In this document: piece by piece, positions 9,635 to 19,350 of the stretch
Layout of the letters: every line of letters starts with the position of its first letter
How positions within the stretch are numbered: the first letter of the stretch is position 1
Source: a virus
Taxonomy: Duplodnaviria; Caudoviricetes
Strand: one strand, 5' to 3'
Virus record (IMG/VR): IMGVR_UViG_3300038443_001477
Coordinates: 1 to 64,000 of that record
DNA: 64,000 nucleotides
Position numbers and translations under genes: made by a program
The notes under the pieces: generated by a model
The model's input: only the letters and a program-made list of their open reading frames with translations
The model's database searches: none
Told to the model about the DNA's origin: nothing

Positions 9635-9647
9635 GTAATGCTCCAGT

Positions 9648-9686
9648 GAAAAGGAAAGGGCCCGCCGATGAGAGCGGGCCCTTAAA
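9648..9686 (-). terminator. intrinsic terminator
   Basis: 10-bp stem AAGGGCCCGC/GCGGGCCCTT followed by T-rich tract on - strand. Confidence 0.7.
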
Positions 9687-9708
9687 GAGGGGAGGGGTCA
9701 GCGAGCGC

Positions 9709-10362
9709 TTAGACCCAGACAGCGATTCCGGTCCAGCCCTGGAACTTCAGGAGGTTCAGGTCCCAGGAGAAGAGGGGCCGCGTCGCGCTGGCGGCAATGT
9801 AGTTGATGCGAACCCCCGCCGGCTTCAGCGGGAAGGCACCGCTTAGCAACAGGTTCTTCTGCACCGCGTTGAGAATGCTGTCGTCGTAGACGAGGGACAG
9901 GCTCATGTCGCCGTTATCGAGGAGGAGGATCGCGCCTGCCCCGAAGACGTATTCCCAGAAGCTGTACATCGTCTCGACCGTGCCGTCCCATTGGTTGGCC
10001 GCGATCTTCGCGCGGATGACCGTGCGGTAGGTCACATCATCCAGGCTCGCCACACCAGTACTCGGGTCGAGGGGGCCCTGCCAGTAGCCCTGACCCCAGC
10101 CCAGCGTGGCGTCGCCGTCCCAGGTGAAGTACACCCCCGAGATGGGCACGCTCACGTTGCGCTTGATCCCGACCCAGAGTCCGATCTGATCGAGCTGCAC
10201 ACCGACCGCCTGATCGAGGTCGAAGTGCACGCTCGGCATATCGAGCTGGAGGTTGACGTCTGCGGCGAGGCCATCGGTGATAGCTTTGATGACCGCAGCG
10301 AATAGAGGCCTGTCGCGGTGCTCGCTGGTGACAAGGCCCAGGTAGTCGTCGCTGGTCGCCAT
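9709..10362 (-). CDS. baseplate wedge protein (DUF2612-like)
   Basis: FDLD.AVG.QLD.IG.WVG..R and YR..IRAKI..NQWDG motifs. Confidence 0.8.
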   Translation of the reverse strand: MATSDDYLGLVTSEHRDRPLFAAVIKAITDGLAADVNLQLDMPSVHFDLDQAVGVQLDQIGLWVGIKRNVSVPISGVYFTWDGDATLGWGQGYWQGPLDPSTGVASLDDVTYRTVIRAKIAANQWDGTVETMYSFWEYVFGAGAILLLDNGDMSLSLVYDDSILNAVQKNLLLSGAFPLKPAGVRINYIAASATRPLFSWDLNLLKFQGWTGIAVWV

Positions 10363-10364
10363 CG

Positions 10365-11546
10365 TCAGGTCACCAGGAGGGTGATGTCCGCGACATCACA
10401 GGTCGCGATCTCATTAAAGGCGGGGAAGAGGTCCGCCGCCGCGAGGCCGCCCCCGAAGAAGGCGATGGTCAGGCTGTCGACCTCGAACGTCTCGGAGCCC
10501 GGGCCGAAGTAGAGCTGAGCGGGCACATAGAGCCGGCCGAAGTCGACCTTCTTCCCGATGCCTAGCGCGTTGATGTAGGCGGCAAGGGCAGCCTTCACCG
10601 AATCGCCGACAGTCGATACGTAGTTCGCCAGGGCCTTCAGCGTGAGCGAAAGGACCACCCGGCGCTGCGTCGCCACGAAGAAGTTGATGGTGGTCGGCAC
10701 GCCGCCCGGATCGGTGAGGATGACGCTGGTCGTCCCGTAGGTGCCCGTGCCCGGAGTCTTCTTCAGCATCATCGCGTTGGCAATGTCGCCCGAGGCTCCG
10801 CCGAGGCAGACAATCGAGATGCTGTGCGCGGGGATGCCGTTGGTGTCGGTGGCGTTGGTGTCGTTCTCATAGCCCCGCACCTGGGAGACGCCAGAGACCG
10901 CAGCCACTGCCCCCACGATGCCATCCAGCACGGTGCGCGAGGGCAGGGCCACGCTGATGGTCTGGCGCTGGCGGAGTTTGGCGTCGGTCTCCACTGGCTG
11001 CCCTGGCGCCGCCGCGCTCGGGTTGGTCACCGTCTGCCAGCCGAGGGTCGGCGTGGCGATGTTGGTGATGGTGCCCGCCGCCGCCTCGATGTCGCCCTCC
11101 AGCTCCGCGGTCGCCGTCACAGCCGCCGTGCCCAGGGCTCCGATGATGACGCTTGCCGGGAGGAGCCAGCGCTGGCCCTGGTTGTCGGTGGCGACCCCGT
11201 TGGAGATCACAGTACCGACCGTGCCGGCGAGCGTCAGGTTCACTTGCGAATGCGTGGCGACAGCCCGCGCAATGCCGTTGATCTTGACCGCGGTGCTCAG
11301 CCCCGCCCCTTGCGCGGTCGCGGGACTGTAGCCGTTATACGCGGCCACACACGCCGCGTTCGAGTCGTCCTGCGCCTTGGCGATGATGGCGAGGAGTTGG
11401 CCGTCCTGGCTGTCGGGGTCGATGTAGGCGTCGGTGCCGTAGATCGCCTTGAACTGCGCCTGAAAGGTCTCGTAGATGTCGGAATACGGTGGCCTGCTGA
11501 TGCCGTTCGGGCCGATGGTGCAGGCCACGGTTGCAAGGATCGTCAC
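10365..11546 (-). CDS. baseplate J-like protein
   Basis: TA.G..L...V.INGI.R, ETD..LR.RQ, VRGYEN motifs; position. Confidence 0.85.
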   Translation of the reverse strand: MTILATVACTIGPNGISRPPYSDIYETFQAQFKAIYGTDAYIDPDSQDGQLLAIIAKAQDDSNAACVAAYNGYSPATAQGAGLSTAVKINGIARAVATHSQVNLTLAGTVGTVISNGVATDNQGQRWLLPASVIIGALGTAAVTATAELEGDIEAAAGTITNIATPTLGWQTVTNPSAAAPGQPVETDAKLRQRQTISVALPSRTVLDGIVGAVAAVSGVSQVRGYENDTNATDTNGIPAHSISIVCLGGASGDIANAMMLKKTPGTGTYGTTSVILTDPGGVPTTINFFVATQRRVVLSLTLKALANYVSTVGDSVKAALAAYINALGIGKKVDFGRLYVPAQLYFGPGSETFEVDSLTIAFFGGGLAAADLFPAFNEIATCDVADITLLVT

Positions 11547-11884
11547 AGAACCTCCGCGATCGTGGTGGGGCCGTAGATGGTGTCGACGGTGGCGCTGACC
11601 CGGAAGGCGCGGCCATCCATGACGGAGGAGTAGTTGGTGAGGCGGAGGACACCCTGCGTGCCGAGGATGCGCTGCTGCACCTCATAGTCGCGGGTGGCCT
11701 GGGTGCCGTAGCCCAGGATGTTTTCCATGTTGAGCCCCTCGCGCGTGTCGAGGAACCACTCGCCCGCCAGCAGGCGCATCCGGGTTCGGATCGCCTGGGC
11801 GACCGTCTCCGGGGTATTCGCCAGGAAGGTGGAGCCCGCGCCGAACATGTAGTCGTCGGCGTCGGTCATCTTGCGGTATCTCAT
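11543..11884 (-). CDS. baseplate wedge subunit (gp25-like)
   Basis: MRYRK.....DY.FG; AQAI.TR..L..GEWFLD..EG. Confidence 0.8.
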   Translation of the reverse strand: MRYRKMTDADDYMFGAGSTFLANTPETVAQAIRTRMRLLAGEWFLDTREGLNMENILGYGTQATRDYEVQQRILGTQGVLRLTNYSSVMDGRAFRVSATVDTIYGPTTIAEVL

Positions 11885-12534
11885 GCCACGCCTCCCGAAG
11901 TTGCGCCACCAGCGACGACGCCTGTGTGCGCGTGCGACAGGTAGGCGGCGCCGTTGATGAAGAGAGTACCGTTGAGGTCGATGCGCCCGGCGCTCGCCTT
12001 TATCTCCGCCCCAGCGGCAACCAGCCGCGAGGTGCCGGCCTGGGAGTCGACGCCCGCGAAGACCGTGCCATCCTTGGAGGTGAGCCGGGCCTCGGTGCCA
12101 TGCACATCGGGGAGCCCCGTAAACTTCGGCTGCGACATTGCCGCTGGCAAGCAGAAGCCGTCGCTCAGGTGATGCATGCGGAACTCCGCCTGCACCTGCT
12201 GACCCCCGCTCTGCCACCACGCATCAATGCAGCGGTCGGCGAAGAGCACCAGCACCTCGTCTCCTTCCGCCAGGGGGAAGGTCACGAAGTACTCGCTACT
12301 GCCCGCGAAGACGACAGGGCAGTCGAGGAGGAGGGGCAGATCGACCCACGACTTGCTCCCGTCCTCTTGCTGCACCTGCGCCTTGAGCGCTGGCTGCACG
12401 ACCGCTGTCCGCTTCGCGGCGTCGAAGCTCTGGATAATGCCGGGCATCGCTACGCGGATCTCCGACGAGAAAAGCTCCTGCATGGCGAGGAGTCCCGCCA
12501 GGAGGTCGCCACTGCGTTCGCGCCTGTCTGCCAT
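11881..12534 (-). CDS. baseplate spike/puncturing protein (Gp138-like)
   Basis: VAMPGII.SFD...VQP, GDEVLVLFADRCID.WWQSG, R.HHLSD, C-terminal HxH metal site. Confidence 0.85.
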   Translation of the reverse strand: MADRRERSGDLLAGLLAMQELFSSEIRVAMPGIIQSFDAAKRTAVVQPALKAQVQQEDGSKSWVDLPLLLDCPVVFAGSSEYFVTFPLAEGDEVLVLFADRCIDAWWQSGGQQVQAEFRMHHLSDGFCLPAAMSQPKFTGLPDVHGTEARLTSKDGTVFAGVDSQAGTSRLVAAGAEIKASAGRIDLNGTLFINGAAYLSHAHTGVVAGGATSGGVA

Positions 12535-12539
12535 TTGTT

Positions 12540-13514
12540 CTATCTCCAGTTGAGGCCGGTCACCTTCAGCGTGACCGGGTCCACAGCCAGCAGGATCAGG
12601 TCCATCCACCAGGGCGCTCCGCGCGTGTCCCCCTTGACCTCCGCTACGTAGACTCGGTAGAGGCCATCGGCGCTCACATCGGCGAATTGCTGGAGGCCGG
12701 CGTAGCGGTTGTAGGGGAGCTGGGCGCCGGGGATGGTGAAGTCGGCTTGCTGGAAGGTTTCGTTGATGCTCTTGTTGTCGATCTTGACCAGGGTCCCCGG
12801 AGCTATGCGGGGGTTGATGAGGCACCGCGCCCGCACCCCGTCTTGAGTCTGCTCGGCGCGGCCGATGAGCCCGGTCTGCGAGGTGAGCACGATGGCCTCC
12901 CCAGGGAGATAGCCGTCGAGGGGCGTGACATTCACCTGCCCGTTCTGAATGCTCCAGGTCGCGCCGACGTTTTGCACCTCCGCCCGCAAATTCGCGCGGG
13001 CGAGGCCGAAGAGCACTTTCCCCCGGGGGAGGATGCCCCCGGTCTGTGGCATCGTGAGCGCGCCCTTCGCCACGCCCTGCGGCGCCATGGCCTCGATCAG
13101 CGCGGCGACGCGCTGGGCGGGCGTCGAGCCCGCGCTGATGCTCTTGTTGATGAAGCCCCAGTTGTAGGCGCGGTCGCCGTCGCAGCCGAGGATGTCGAGG
13201 TAGGTCGTGACGCTGTCTTCCTTGCCGACCCGGAACTGCTTGATCGTGCCGTCGAAGATGACGCCGTAGCCCGCGTTCTCGTAGCCCGCCTGGAGCACCA
13301 CTCGGCTCGACTCCCCCTGGATGCGGGCCATGGTTTCGGCGCTCAGGTTGTAGACCCGGATCTGCGCGTTGTTGGGGCTCTCCTCGTCCTCCTGCCGCAC
13401 CTCAAACTGGATGCGGAGCTCGGAGAGGTCGAGGCCCTCGGAGCCGGGGTCGTTGTTGGCGCTCTGGAGCACCAGCAGATTGCACTTGCGGATGTACTGC
13501 TCATTGGCTGCCAT
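12540..13514 (-). CDS. baseplate hub protein
   Basis: RVYNLS..T, VVLQAGY, IF.G.I, TGLIG..EQT..G...CLINP.I motifs. Confidence 0.8.
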   Translation of the reverse strand: MAANEQYIRKCNLLVLQSANNDPGSEGLDLSELRIQFEVRQEDEESPNNAQIRVYNLSAETMARIQGESSRVVLQAGYENAGYGVIFDGTIKQFRVGKEDSVTTYLDILGCDGDRAYNWGFINKSISAGSTPAQRVAALIEAMAPQGVAKGALTMPQTGGILPRGKVLFGLARANLRAEVQNVGATWSIQNGQVNVTPLDGYLPGEAIVLTSQTGLIGRAEQTQDGVRARCLINPRIAPGTLVKIDNKSINETFQQADFTIPGAQLPYNRYAGLQQFADVSADGLYRVYVAEVKGDTRGAPWWMDLILLAVDPVTLKVTGLNWR

Positions 13515-13520
13515 CGCCGC

Positions 13521-13826
13521 TCACTCCACGATGAAATAGAGGTGCCCGGTCTGTCCCAGGTTATCGAAGGTCGGCACGGCATCCAGGTCGTAGTCGGTCT
13601 GGACGATGAGCGAGCCCCCGATGTTCAGGTGCTTGTGCTGGGCGAGGAGGTCGATGCCTGTGATGATGGGCACCCCCTGGAGGAGCGGCGTGGAGCCGGT
13701 GAAGATGTCCAGGCACCAGCAGGTGGAGAGGCCGTTCCAGTAGAAACGCAGGATGCGCTCGACGCCCGCCAGCTTGATGTTGAAGCGCTGGGGCTCCGGA
13801 CTCAGCGGGATCTCGTAAGAGGTCAT
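13521..13826 (-). CDS. baseplate/virion structural protein
   Basis: EIPL...PQRF.I.L.G..PI.TGIDLL.Q pattern; position. Confidence 0.7.
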   Translation of the reverse strand: MTSYEIPLSPEPQRFNIKLAGVERILRFYWNGLSTCWCLDIFTGSTPLLQGVPIITGIDLLAQHKHLNIGGSLIVQTDYDLDAVPTFDNLGQTGHLYFIVE

Positions 13827-14509
13827 GGCAACGCTCCTTGCGAGATGAGCTTCAGCGGGTCAGGAGTGAGCGCCTGCACCGCGGAATCAAGGTTCATCTT
13901 GGCGCCATCGGAGAGTTGCTTCATGCCCTTCTCCACAGGCGCTAGCGTGCTCTGCGGCACGCTCTGCGCATCCTTCGGCGCCGAGATGGTCACGACCTGC
14001 ACGGTCGCGATGATGACCTCCCGCATGTGCGCGGTCACCCGCAAGATGTTCGCGCTCTCCTTGTCGGTCTCCGTCTGGAGGCTCTTGAGGAGCATGTTCT
14101 TGTAGGCGCGCTTCGCTGTGAGCACATCGAAGGGCACCCGGCTCCGCTGGAGGGCGAGGAGCTTTTGGTAAATGTCGCGGACCTGGTTGACGCCATTGCC
14201 GCCCAGGATCGTCGAGAGGCCCGCCACCGTGCCCGTAGCGGCGCCCAGGAGGCCGCTGATGAGGCCGGCGTTCTGGGGGCTGTTACTCCAGGCGCACTCC
14301 ACCACCAGCTCGCACGGCCGCATGAAGGCGTGGTCGGTGATCTTCGACCCCTGCTCCACCGGGTGGTCGGTCACCTCCATCTCGTCGACGTGCTTCTCGC
14401 TGATGGTCACGTGTGCGGTGAAGTCGCCGATCTGGTGCTTCGGCTTCACCAGGATCGCCTCGACCCCAAGCTGCACCGCCGCGGTAATGATGCCGAGGGC
14501 CTGGGCCAT
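13823..14509 (-). CDS. tail tube initiator/Dit-like baseplate protein
   Basis: E.H.DEMEVTDHPVEQG..ITDHA...P, Y.NML motifs; after tape measure. Confidence 0.75.
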   Translation of the reverse strand: MAQALGIITAAVQLGVEAILVKPKHQIGDFTAHVTISEKHVDEMEVTDHPVEQGSKITDHAFMRPCELVVECAWSNSPQNAGLISGLLGAATGTVAGLSTILGGNGVNQVRDIYQKLLALQRSRVPFDVLTAKRAYKNMLLKSLQTETDKESANILRVTAHMREVIIATVQVVTISAPKDAQSVPQSTLAPVEKGMKQLSDGAKMNLDSAVQALTPDPLKLISQGALP

Positions 14510-14513
14510 GGCT

Positions 14514-16070
14514 TTACCTCACTTTCGGGGACATGTTGCGCACGATGTCGGCATTGACCGTGCGCTGACTGGCGACCACCCGATCCGCCGCCTCGTGCGG
14601 GTCGGTGACGCCGATGATCTGGATGGTGGGATTGGCCTGCACCATCACCGAGCCCGCCACCGCATCCATGTAGTCGCGAGTCTCCTTGGGCGCGTTGCCG
14701 AGGCCATAGCGGGCGAGATTGCCGTCGCCCCAGTTGTAGGCGGCGGCCGCCATGCGGATGTTGCCGCCGTAGCGGCGGAGGAGATCGCTCCACTTCCGCG
14801 CCGCCGCGTCGCCGCTCTCCATGAAGTCGTCGGGGTCCTTGAGCCCGTATTCCTTTGCGGTGCCCGGCATGAAGCCGAAGTGTCCCATGGCGCCCGCAGG
14901 GCTCCGCATGAAGCGCGGGTCGCCGAAGTGGCTTTCCCGGCCCCACACGCGTTTAAGAAGGCCCCTGGGGAGCCCATGCTTGCGCTCCAGGCCCTCCAGA
15001 TATGCATCAGGGTCGAAGCCCGGCTGGTCGACGCCTCCAGGCGAGAGGTCGCCGGCATCGCTGGCCGCCCCACGCAGCCGCAACTGGAGAAGCCGGATGC
15101 GCTCGGCCTCCGACATATTCGGGTGCTTGTCCTGGAAGTCGCTGTTGTCGGTAGCCGCGTCGACAGCATCGGCATCGGTGGCAACCCGGCTCTTCATGTC
15201 GGCGGCCACGGGCAAGCCGAGGCGGTCCCGGGCATCCCTGGAGAGCCGCACGCCGCCCCCGCTGGCGCGGCCCGTGATGCCCTCCAGGAGGCGCGTCTTG
15301 AGGTCCTCGCGGCCGCCCACTGTGCGCGCGTCGCGGGCGATGCTGGCCCAGGAGATCATCAGTTCGTTGGTGCGGCCGACCAGCGCCTCCACATAGGGGA
15401 GGGCGGTTTCGCCCAAGGCCATACCGAATAGCTTGGCGCGCTCGGTGACCTCGCGCCAGAGCTGCGAGTACTGCACGCCGATCTCCGCCGAATGATTGAC
15501 GTCGACCCCCATCTCCTCCGCCATCTTCTTCCGCTCCGCCTGCGCCTGCTTCATCTTGTCCAGGCCCTCCTCCAGGTAGAAGAGCGTCTCCTGGTCGATG
15601 CCGAAGAGGTTGGCGTAGCGCTCGGCGATGTAGAAGGGCATCTTCTTCAGCGCGCCGACCAGATCGGTCAGGACATCCGCCTTGTCGCGGCCCTTCACCT
15701 CGACGCCTAGGTTGTTCAGGAGGGCGATGAGTCCGGGGTTGCTCCGGATGCTCGCGGCCAGGTTCTTCAGGGCCCCAGCGCCCCGGCCCGCCTCCAAGCC
15801 GATCTGCCGGGTGCCGTACTCCAACGCCTGAAGACTGGAGGCGGTCGTATCGGCGTAGCGGGCGGAGTAATAGAGCTTCTCCATCTGGCGGGCGAAGAGG
15901 GTGGTGGTCGCGACAACCGTCGTCGCGAGGCCCACCAGCCCCTTGCCCAGGGTCAGCACGCGGAGGTCGGTCTTCTGGAGGAAGCCGTCGATCTTCTTGC
16001 TGCCGCGCTCGTCGATCTTGATCCCGAGCGCGATCAGGTACTCCCGCAGGATCTTCTGGTCGACCGCCAT
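14514..16070 (-). CDS. tape measure protein with C-terminal lytic transglycosylase (SLT) domain
   Basis: EYL..LG...D N-terminus; ES..G....SPAGAMG.FGFMPGTA..YG and AAAAYNWG.GN SLT motifs. Confidence 0.85.
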   Translation of the reverse strand: MAVDQKILREYLIALGIKIDERGSKKIDGFLQKTDLRVLTLGKGLVGLATTVVATTTLFARQMEKLYYSARYADTTASSLQALEYGTRQIGLEAGRGAGALKNLAASIRSNPGLIALLNNLGVEVKGRDKADVLTDLVGALKKMPFYIAERYANLFGIDQETLFYLEEGLDKMKQAQAERKKMAEEMGVDVNHSAEIGVQYSQLWREVTERAKLFGMALGETALPYVEALVGRTNELMISWASIARDARTVGGREDLKTRLLEGITGRASGGGVRLSRDARDRLGLPVAADMKSRVATDADAVDAATDNSDFQDKHPNMSEAERIRLLQLRLRGAASDAGDLSPGGVDQPGFDPDAYLEGLERKHGLPRGLLKRVWGRESHFGDPRFMRSPAGAMGHFGFMPGTAKEYGLKDPDDFMESGDAAARKWSDLLRRYGGNIRMAAAAYNWGDGNLARYGLGNAPKETRDYMDAVAGSVMVQANPTIQIIGVTDPHEAADRVVASQRTVNADIVRNMSPKVR

Positions 16071-16071
16071 A

Positions 16072-16269
16072 TCACGTCCTCCTTCCGCCTCCAGGGCGGG
16101 GCTGCTCGCGCGCCCACTTCTCAGCGCGTCGACTGTTTTCGTCTTCTACGGCGATGGCCTCGTTCAGCAGCATCACAAACTCCAGATCGACGCTGCCATC
16201 AATGAGCCGCTCGGGCGCGAGGATGCCCCTGAGCACAGGGCGGAAGAGGGGGTCCTCTCCGCCGATCAT
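16072..16269 (-). CDS. tail assembly chaperone C-terminal part (probable -1 frameshift extension)
   Basis: ED.L.RPVL.G.......G.VDL..V.LLNEAI..E.EN; frame open back across the end of the chaperone gene. Confidence 0.65.
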   Translation of the reverse strand: MIGGEDPLFRPVLRGILAPERLIDGSVDLEFVMLLNEAIAVEDENSRRAEKWAREQPRPGGGRRT

Positions 16270-16271
16270 GT

Positions 16272-16727
16272 TCAGTTGCTGCCACCCTCGGGCTGACCTT
16301 GAGCCAAGGAGCTTGTCGAGGTCAGCCCGCCGCTTAGCTCCGTCAAGAAATTTCCGAGGTTCAGCTTCATGGTCTCGATAGAGAGGCGGATCATCGCCGG
16401 CATCTCGATATCGGCGAACATGATCCGCTTGCCATCCGGACTCATCACCGGTGCCCAGGCCTCGCCCTGCTTCCTCCGGCATGCCGAGAGGCATGTGAAG
16501 ATGATGTAGTTAGCCTCGTCGTCGCTCATCTTGGAGAGCATCTCCATCACCGGGCCGGTCATGGCGACCATGTCTCCGAGATCGAGCTTCATGCCGTTAC
16601 GCAGTGCCTCCAAGGAGATACCGGCGACGATGAGGAGCGGGCCAAGGCGCCGCGTCAGGTGGAACTGTTGCAGCGCGCTCAGCCGCTCGATCTGGTAGAG
16701 GTTGCCGGCGACTTCAATCTGGATCAT
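16272..16727 (-). CDS. tail assembly chaperone
   Basis: Between tube and tape measure; L.A.QQFH..RRL.P and NLGNF motifs. Confidence 0.75.
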   Translation of the reverse strand: MIQIEVAGNLYQIERLSALQQFHLTRRLGPLLIVAGISLEALRNGMKLDLGDMVAMTGPVMEMLSKMSDDEANYIIFTCLSACRRKQGEAWAPVMSPDGKRIMFADIEMPAMIRLSIETMKLNLGNFLTELSGGLTSTSSLAQGQPEGGSN

Positions 16728-16755
16728 TTTGTGTGTCTCCTATCTCTCCCGGGGC

Positions 16756-17196
16756 TTAGGAGCCCAGGGTCATCTGCATCCGGATCGCGTTGAATTCCCA
16801 GGTGATGATGTCGGCGTCCTTCGCGTAGGTCACGTCCGGGAGCTTCTTGAACGCCACCTGACTGCACACCCACACATCGCCGCGACCCCTGTCACGGCAC
16901 TCGATGGTGTTCTGCCCCCAGCTCGCGGCGCCGGTGCGCTGGAAAGCGACCATCGCCGAGAGGAGTTGGTTTGTCGGGCTGTTCTTCAGGAGCCGCACGG
17001 TCACGGTGCCGCTCAGATCGGCGTGCAGGCTGTGGACGCCTTCCCCGTCGGAGCCAATGAGCATCCCGTCGATGTCGCCGTTGTAGGCGAAGGAGATGCC
17101 CTCGTCGGCGACGGCTGCCCCGCTGCCCAGGCTGATGAAGCCGCCGGGGCCGACCAGGGTCGCCGCGACGTCGAGGAAGCTGTAGCTCTTGCTCAT
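16756..17196 (-). CDS. tail tube protein (DUF3277-like)
   Basis: YSF.DV.AT..GP.G...LG.G.A.A.EGI; G.DG.G.HSL.A..SGTVTV.LLK.SP.N..L. Confidence 0.85.
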   Translation of the reverse strand: MSKSYSFLDVAATLVGPGGFISLGSGAAVADEGISFAYNGDIDGMLIGSDGEGVHSLHADLSGTVTVRLLKNSPTNQLLSAMVAFQRTGAASWGQNTIECRDRGRGDVWVCSQVAFKKLPDVTYAKDADIITWEFNAIRMQMTLGS

Positions 17197-17224
17197 GTCT
17201 TAGTCCTTCCGCGCCGAGGGCGCC

Positions 17225-18742
17225 TTACTGGTTCACGTTGATGGTGCAGTCGACGCTATGCACGGCGCCCGCGAGCTTGACCGCCACCTGGATCGGCACC
17301 GCCTTCCGCGCCACGCGATCCGCCTGCGCCTGCTGCGCGATGGGGGCCGCGAAGATGTAGAAACCCTTGTCGAGGTAGTCGCCCTGCTTCAGCGTGCCGA
17401 AGCCGCCGCTGTTCCAGACGCCGGGGGCGATGAGGCCGTTGTTGACGCCCTGCGCACAGCGGGCGCTGACCACCGCGGTCAGCACCTGCATGCCCGCATC
17501 GGTCTGCGGGATCTTCGTGTTGTTGCTGTAGAGGGCGTTGAAGAGATCGCGCTGCACCGTGACCGCGAGCCAGTCGGTGCCGGTGATCTCGTCGACGTAA
17601 TTGCCGCTCGCCATCACCCCCTCCAGGAGGATGTTGGTGTTGTTGCTGAAGGCGGCGAAGACGTTGCAGTTCTTGCCCTTCAGCGCGTCGGCCTGGGTGG
17701 TCGTCAGGGCCTCAGCGACGATGCCCGGCTCCTGCTTGAACTTCAGCGTGATCGCGCTGCCCGACTGCTCGTAGTCGACGCTCAGGATGCGGGCGAGGGC
17801 GGAGAGCACCGCGTGCTGTGAGCTCGACGAGTACTGCGTCATCGTGCGCTTGTAGCCCAGGGCCTTGAGCTGGGCCGGGAGGTCGGTGGTGGAGACCGCA
17901 CTGAGCGCCCCGCCCTCCTGCGTCGTCAGGGCGAGGATGTGCTTGTTGGTCGCGGCTTCGATGAAGCCAGCAGCCGCGAGGAGTGCGGTGTTATCGGCGC
18001 CGGCGTTGGCGCCAGGGACCAGACCCCCGATGCCCACACCATAGAACTGCATGCCGACCATGTCCTCGAAAAGCGTCAGCGCTTGGGTGGCCGTCTCCGC
18101 CGCGATGCCCTGGTAGACGTAGGCGCCGCTATCGGTGGAGCGGCCGAGGATGTTACCGGTGATGTCGACGCCGGCGGTCGGCGCGGTCAGGAAGGCGATG
18201 GAGGAGGTCGGGCCGGCGGTCGTGCTCTCGAACTCGAACCGGCTGTAGGTCGGGTTCCAGGCCACCGTCACGCCCGCCGGCATGCCCGTGCCGGCCTGGA
18301 TGGCGGCCGCGACCTGCGCCATGCTGGTGACGGTGGAGAAGTTGATGCCCGACACCTGCACCGCGGCGCCGCCGTCCTTGGAGATCTTGAAGGCGCCGGT
18401 GGTGATGCCGGTCCACGCCGACATCTGCTGCTGCGCCACCGAGAGCGGCGCACCGCGCAGGCCACCGCGAGCCGCGGTCATGGCGAAGCGGCCGATCAGC
18501 ATGTTGGTGGGCTGCGGCGTCTGGCTGAACCAGCGGTTCGCGGCCTTGTACTCCTCGGCGGTCGTGCCGAAGTCGGAGGCCACAGCCGCAAGCGTGCCGT
18601 AGGAACGATAGCGCTCCACCGGGTCGATGACGGTGCTGGTGCCGAGGAAGAGCAGGTTGCTCAAGGACTGCGCCTGCGCAGCGGGCGGCGTCATGGACAC
18701 CTGAACGTTGATGGCGCGGCTGATGGGGAGTTGTCCGGACAT
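17225..18742 (-). CDS. tail sheath protein (DUF3383-like)
   Basis: 505 aa; LPISR.INV.V, DFG....EY.AA..WF.QTPQP, ITLKFKQEPG, KIPQTD.G, AGA.H motifs. Confidence 0.9.
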   Translation of the reverse strand: MSGQLPISRAINVQVSMTPPAAQAQSLSNLLFLGTSTVIDPVERYRSYGTLAAVASDFGTTAEEYKAANRWFSQTPQPTNMLIGRFAMTAARGGLRGAPLSVAQQQMSAWTGITTGAFKISKDGGAAVQVSGINFSTVTSMAQVAAAIQAGTGMPAGVTVAWNPTYSRFEFESTTAGPTSSIAFLTAPTAGVDITGNILGRSTDSGAYVYQGIAAETATQALTLFEDMVGMQFYGVGIGGLVPGANAGADNTALLAAAGFIEAATNKHILALTTQEGGALSAVSTTDLPAQLKALGYKRTMTQYSSSSQHAVLSALARILSVDYEQSGSAITLKFKQEPGIVAEALTTTQADALKGKNCNVFAAFSNNTNILLEGVMASGNYVDEITGTDWLAVTVQRDLFNALYSNNTKIPQTDAGMQVLTAVVSARCAQGVNNGLIAPGVWNSGGFGTLKQGDYLDKGFYIFAAPIAQQAQADRVARKAVPIQVAVKLAGAVHSVDCTINVNQ

Positions 18743-18755
18743 GGAGGAATTCCTT

Positions 18756-19340
18756 TTACGGGGTGGGAGTTACAGAGAAGGGCGCCGAAGAGATGCCGTC
18801 GTTGTCGACAGTCCCGCTCGCGCTAAGGAGGGTCTTGATCGGGTAGATGCGGGTCATCCAGCGACTGAAGGTCGCCTGTGAGTCGAGGCGCTGGTACCAG
18901 ATACCTTTCAGGATGGAGGGCAGGTTGACCGGGTCCTCCAAGCCGACAAGGCTGATCTTCTGCGCGTCGAGCGTGTCGCGGTTCTGGCCGATCTGGAGGC
19001 CCACCTCCCAGCGGCCTTGGTTTGCCTCGTTGTTGGGGCCATAGAAGCTCACCAGGACCCGGATCGTTTCGGTGCCCTCCACGATGTAGGCGTCCTGGTC
19101 GGCGTCGTACTTCTGGTAGGCATTCCACTGCTTCTGCCCGATCTGCACGCCAACGGCGGCCCAGTCCACGGTGGAGTCGGGCATGTTCGGCGGCGTCGGC
19201 TGCCAGCGCGGGCGCACCAGCGTCGGGTCGAGGCCCGTCAGCCCCACCACAAGCTCCTGGAAGAAGTTCTCCAGGCTGACGTCATAGGGCGGTTGCGTCG
19301 AGGGCAGCAGGAACCCGGCCTGGGTTGAATCGTTTGCCAT
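18756..19340 (-). CDS. tail terminator/neck protein
   Basis: STQAG.L.P, GLTGL...LVRPRWQ..PP pattern; upstream of sheath. Confidence 0.7.
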   Translation of the reverse strand: MANDSTQAGFLLPSTQPPYDVSLENFFQELVVGLTGLDPTLVRPRWQPTPPNMPDSTVDWAAVGVQIGQKQWNAYQKYDADQDAYIVEGTETIRVLVSFYGPNNEANQGRWEVGLQIGQNRDTLDAQKISLVGLEDPVNLPSILKGIWYQRLDSQATFSRWMTRIYPIKTLLSASGTVDNDGISSAPFSVTPTP

Positions 19341-19350
19341 TCAGCCCTCC

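Noticed and set aside
9664-9675. 12-nt identity GCCGATGAGAGC with 38349-38360
   Set aside because: Opposite orientation relative to transcription and only two short copies; likely chance
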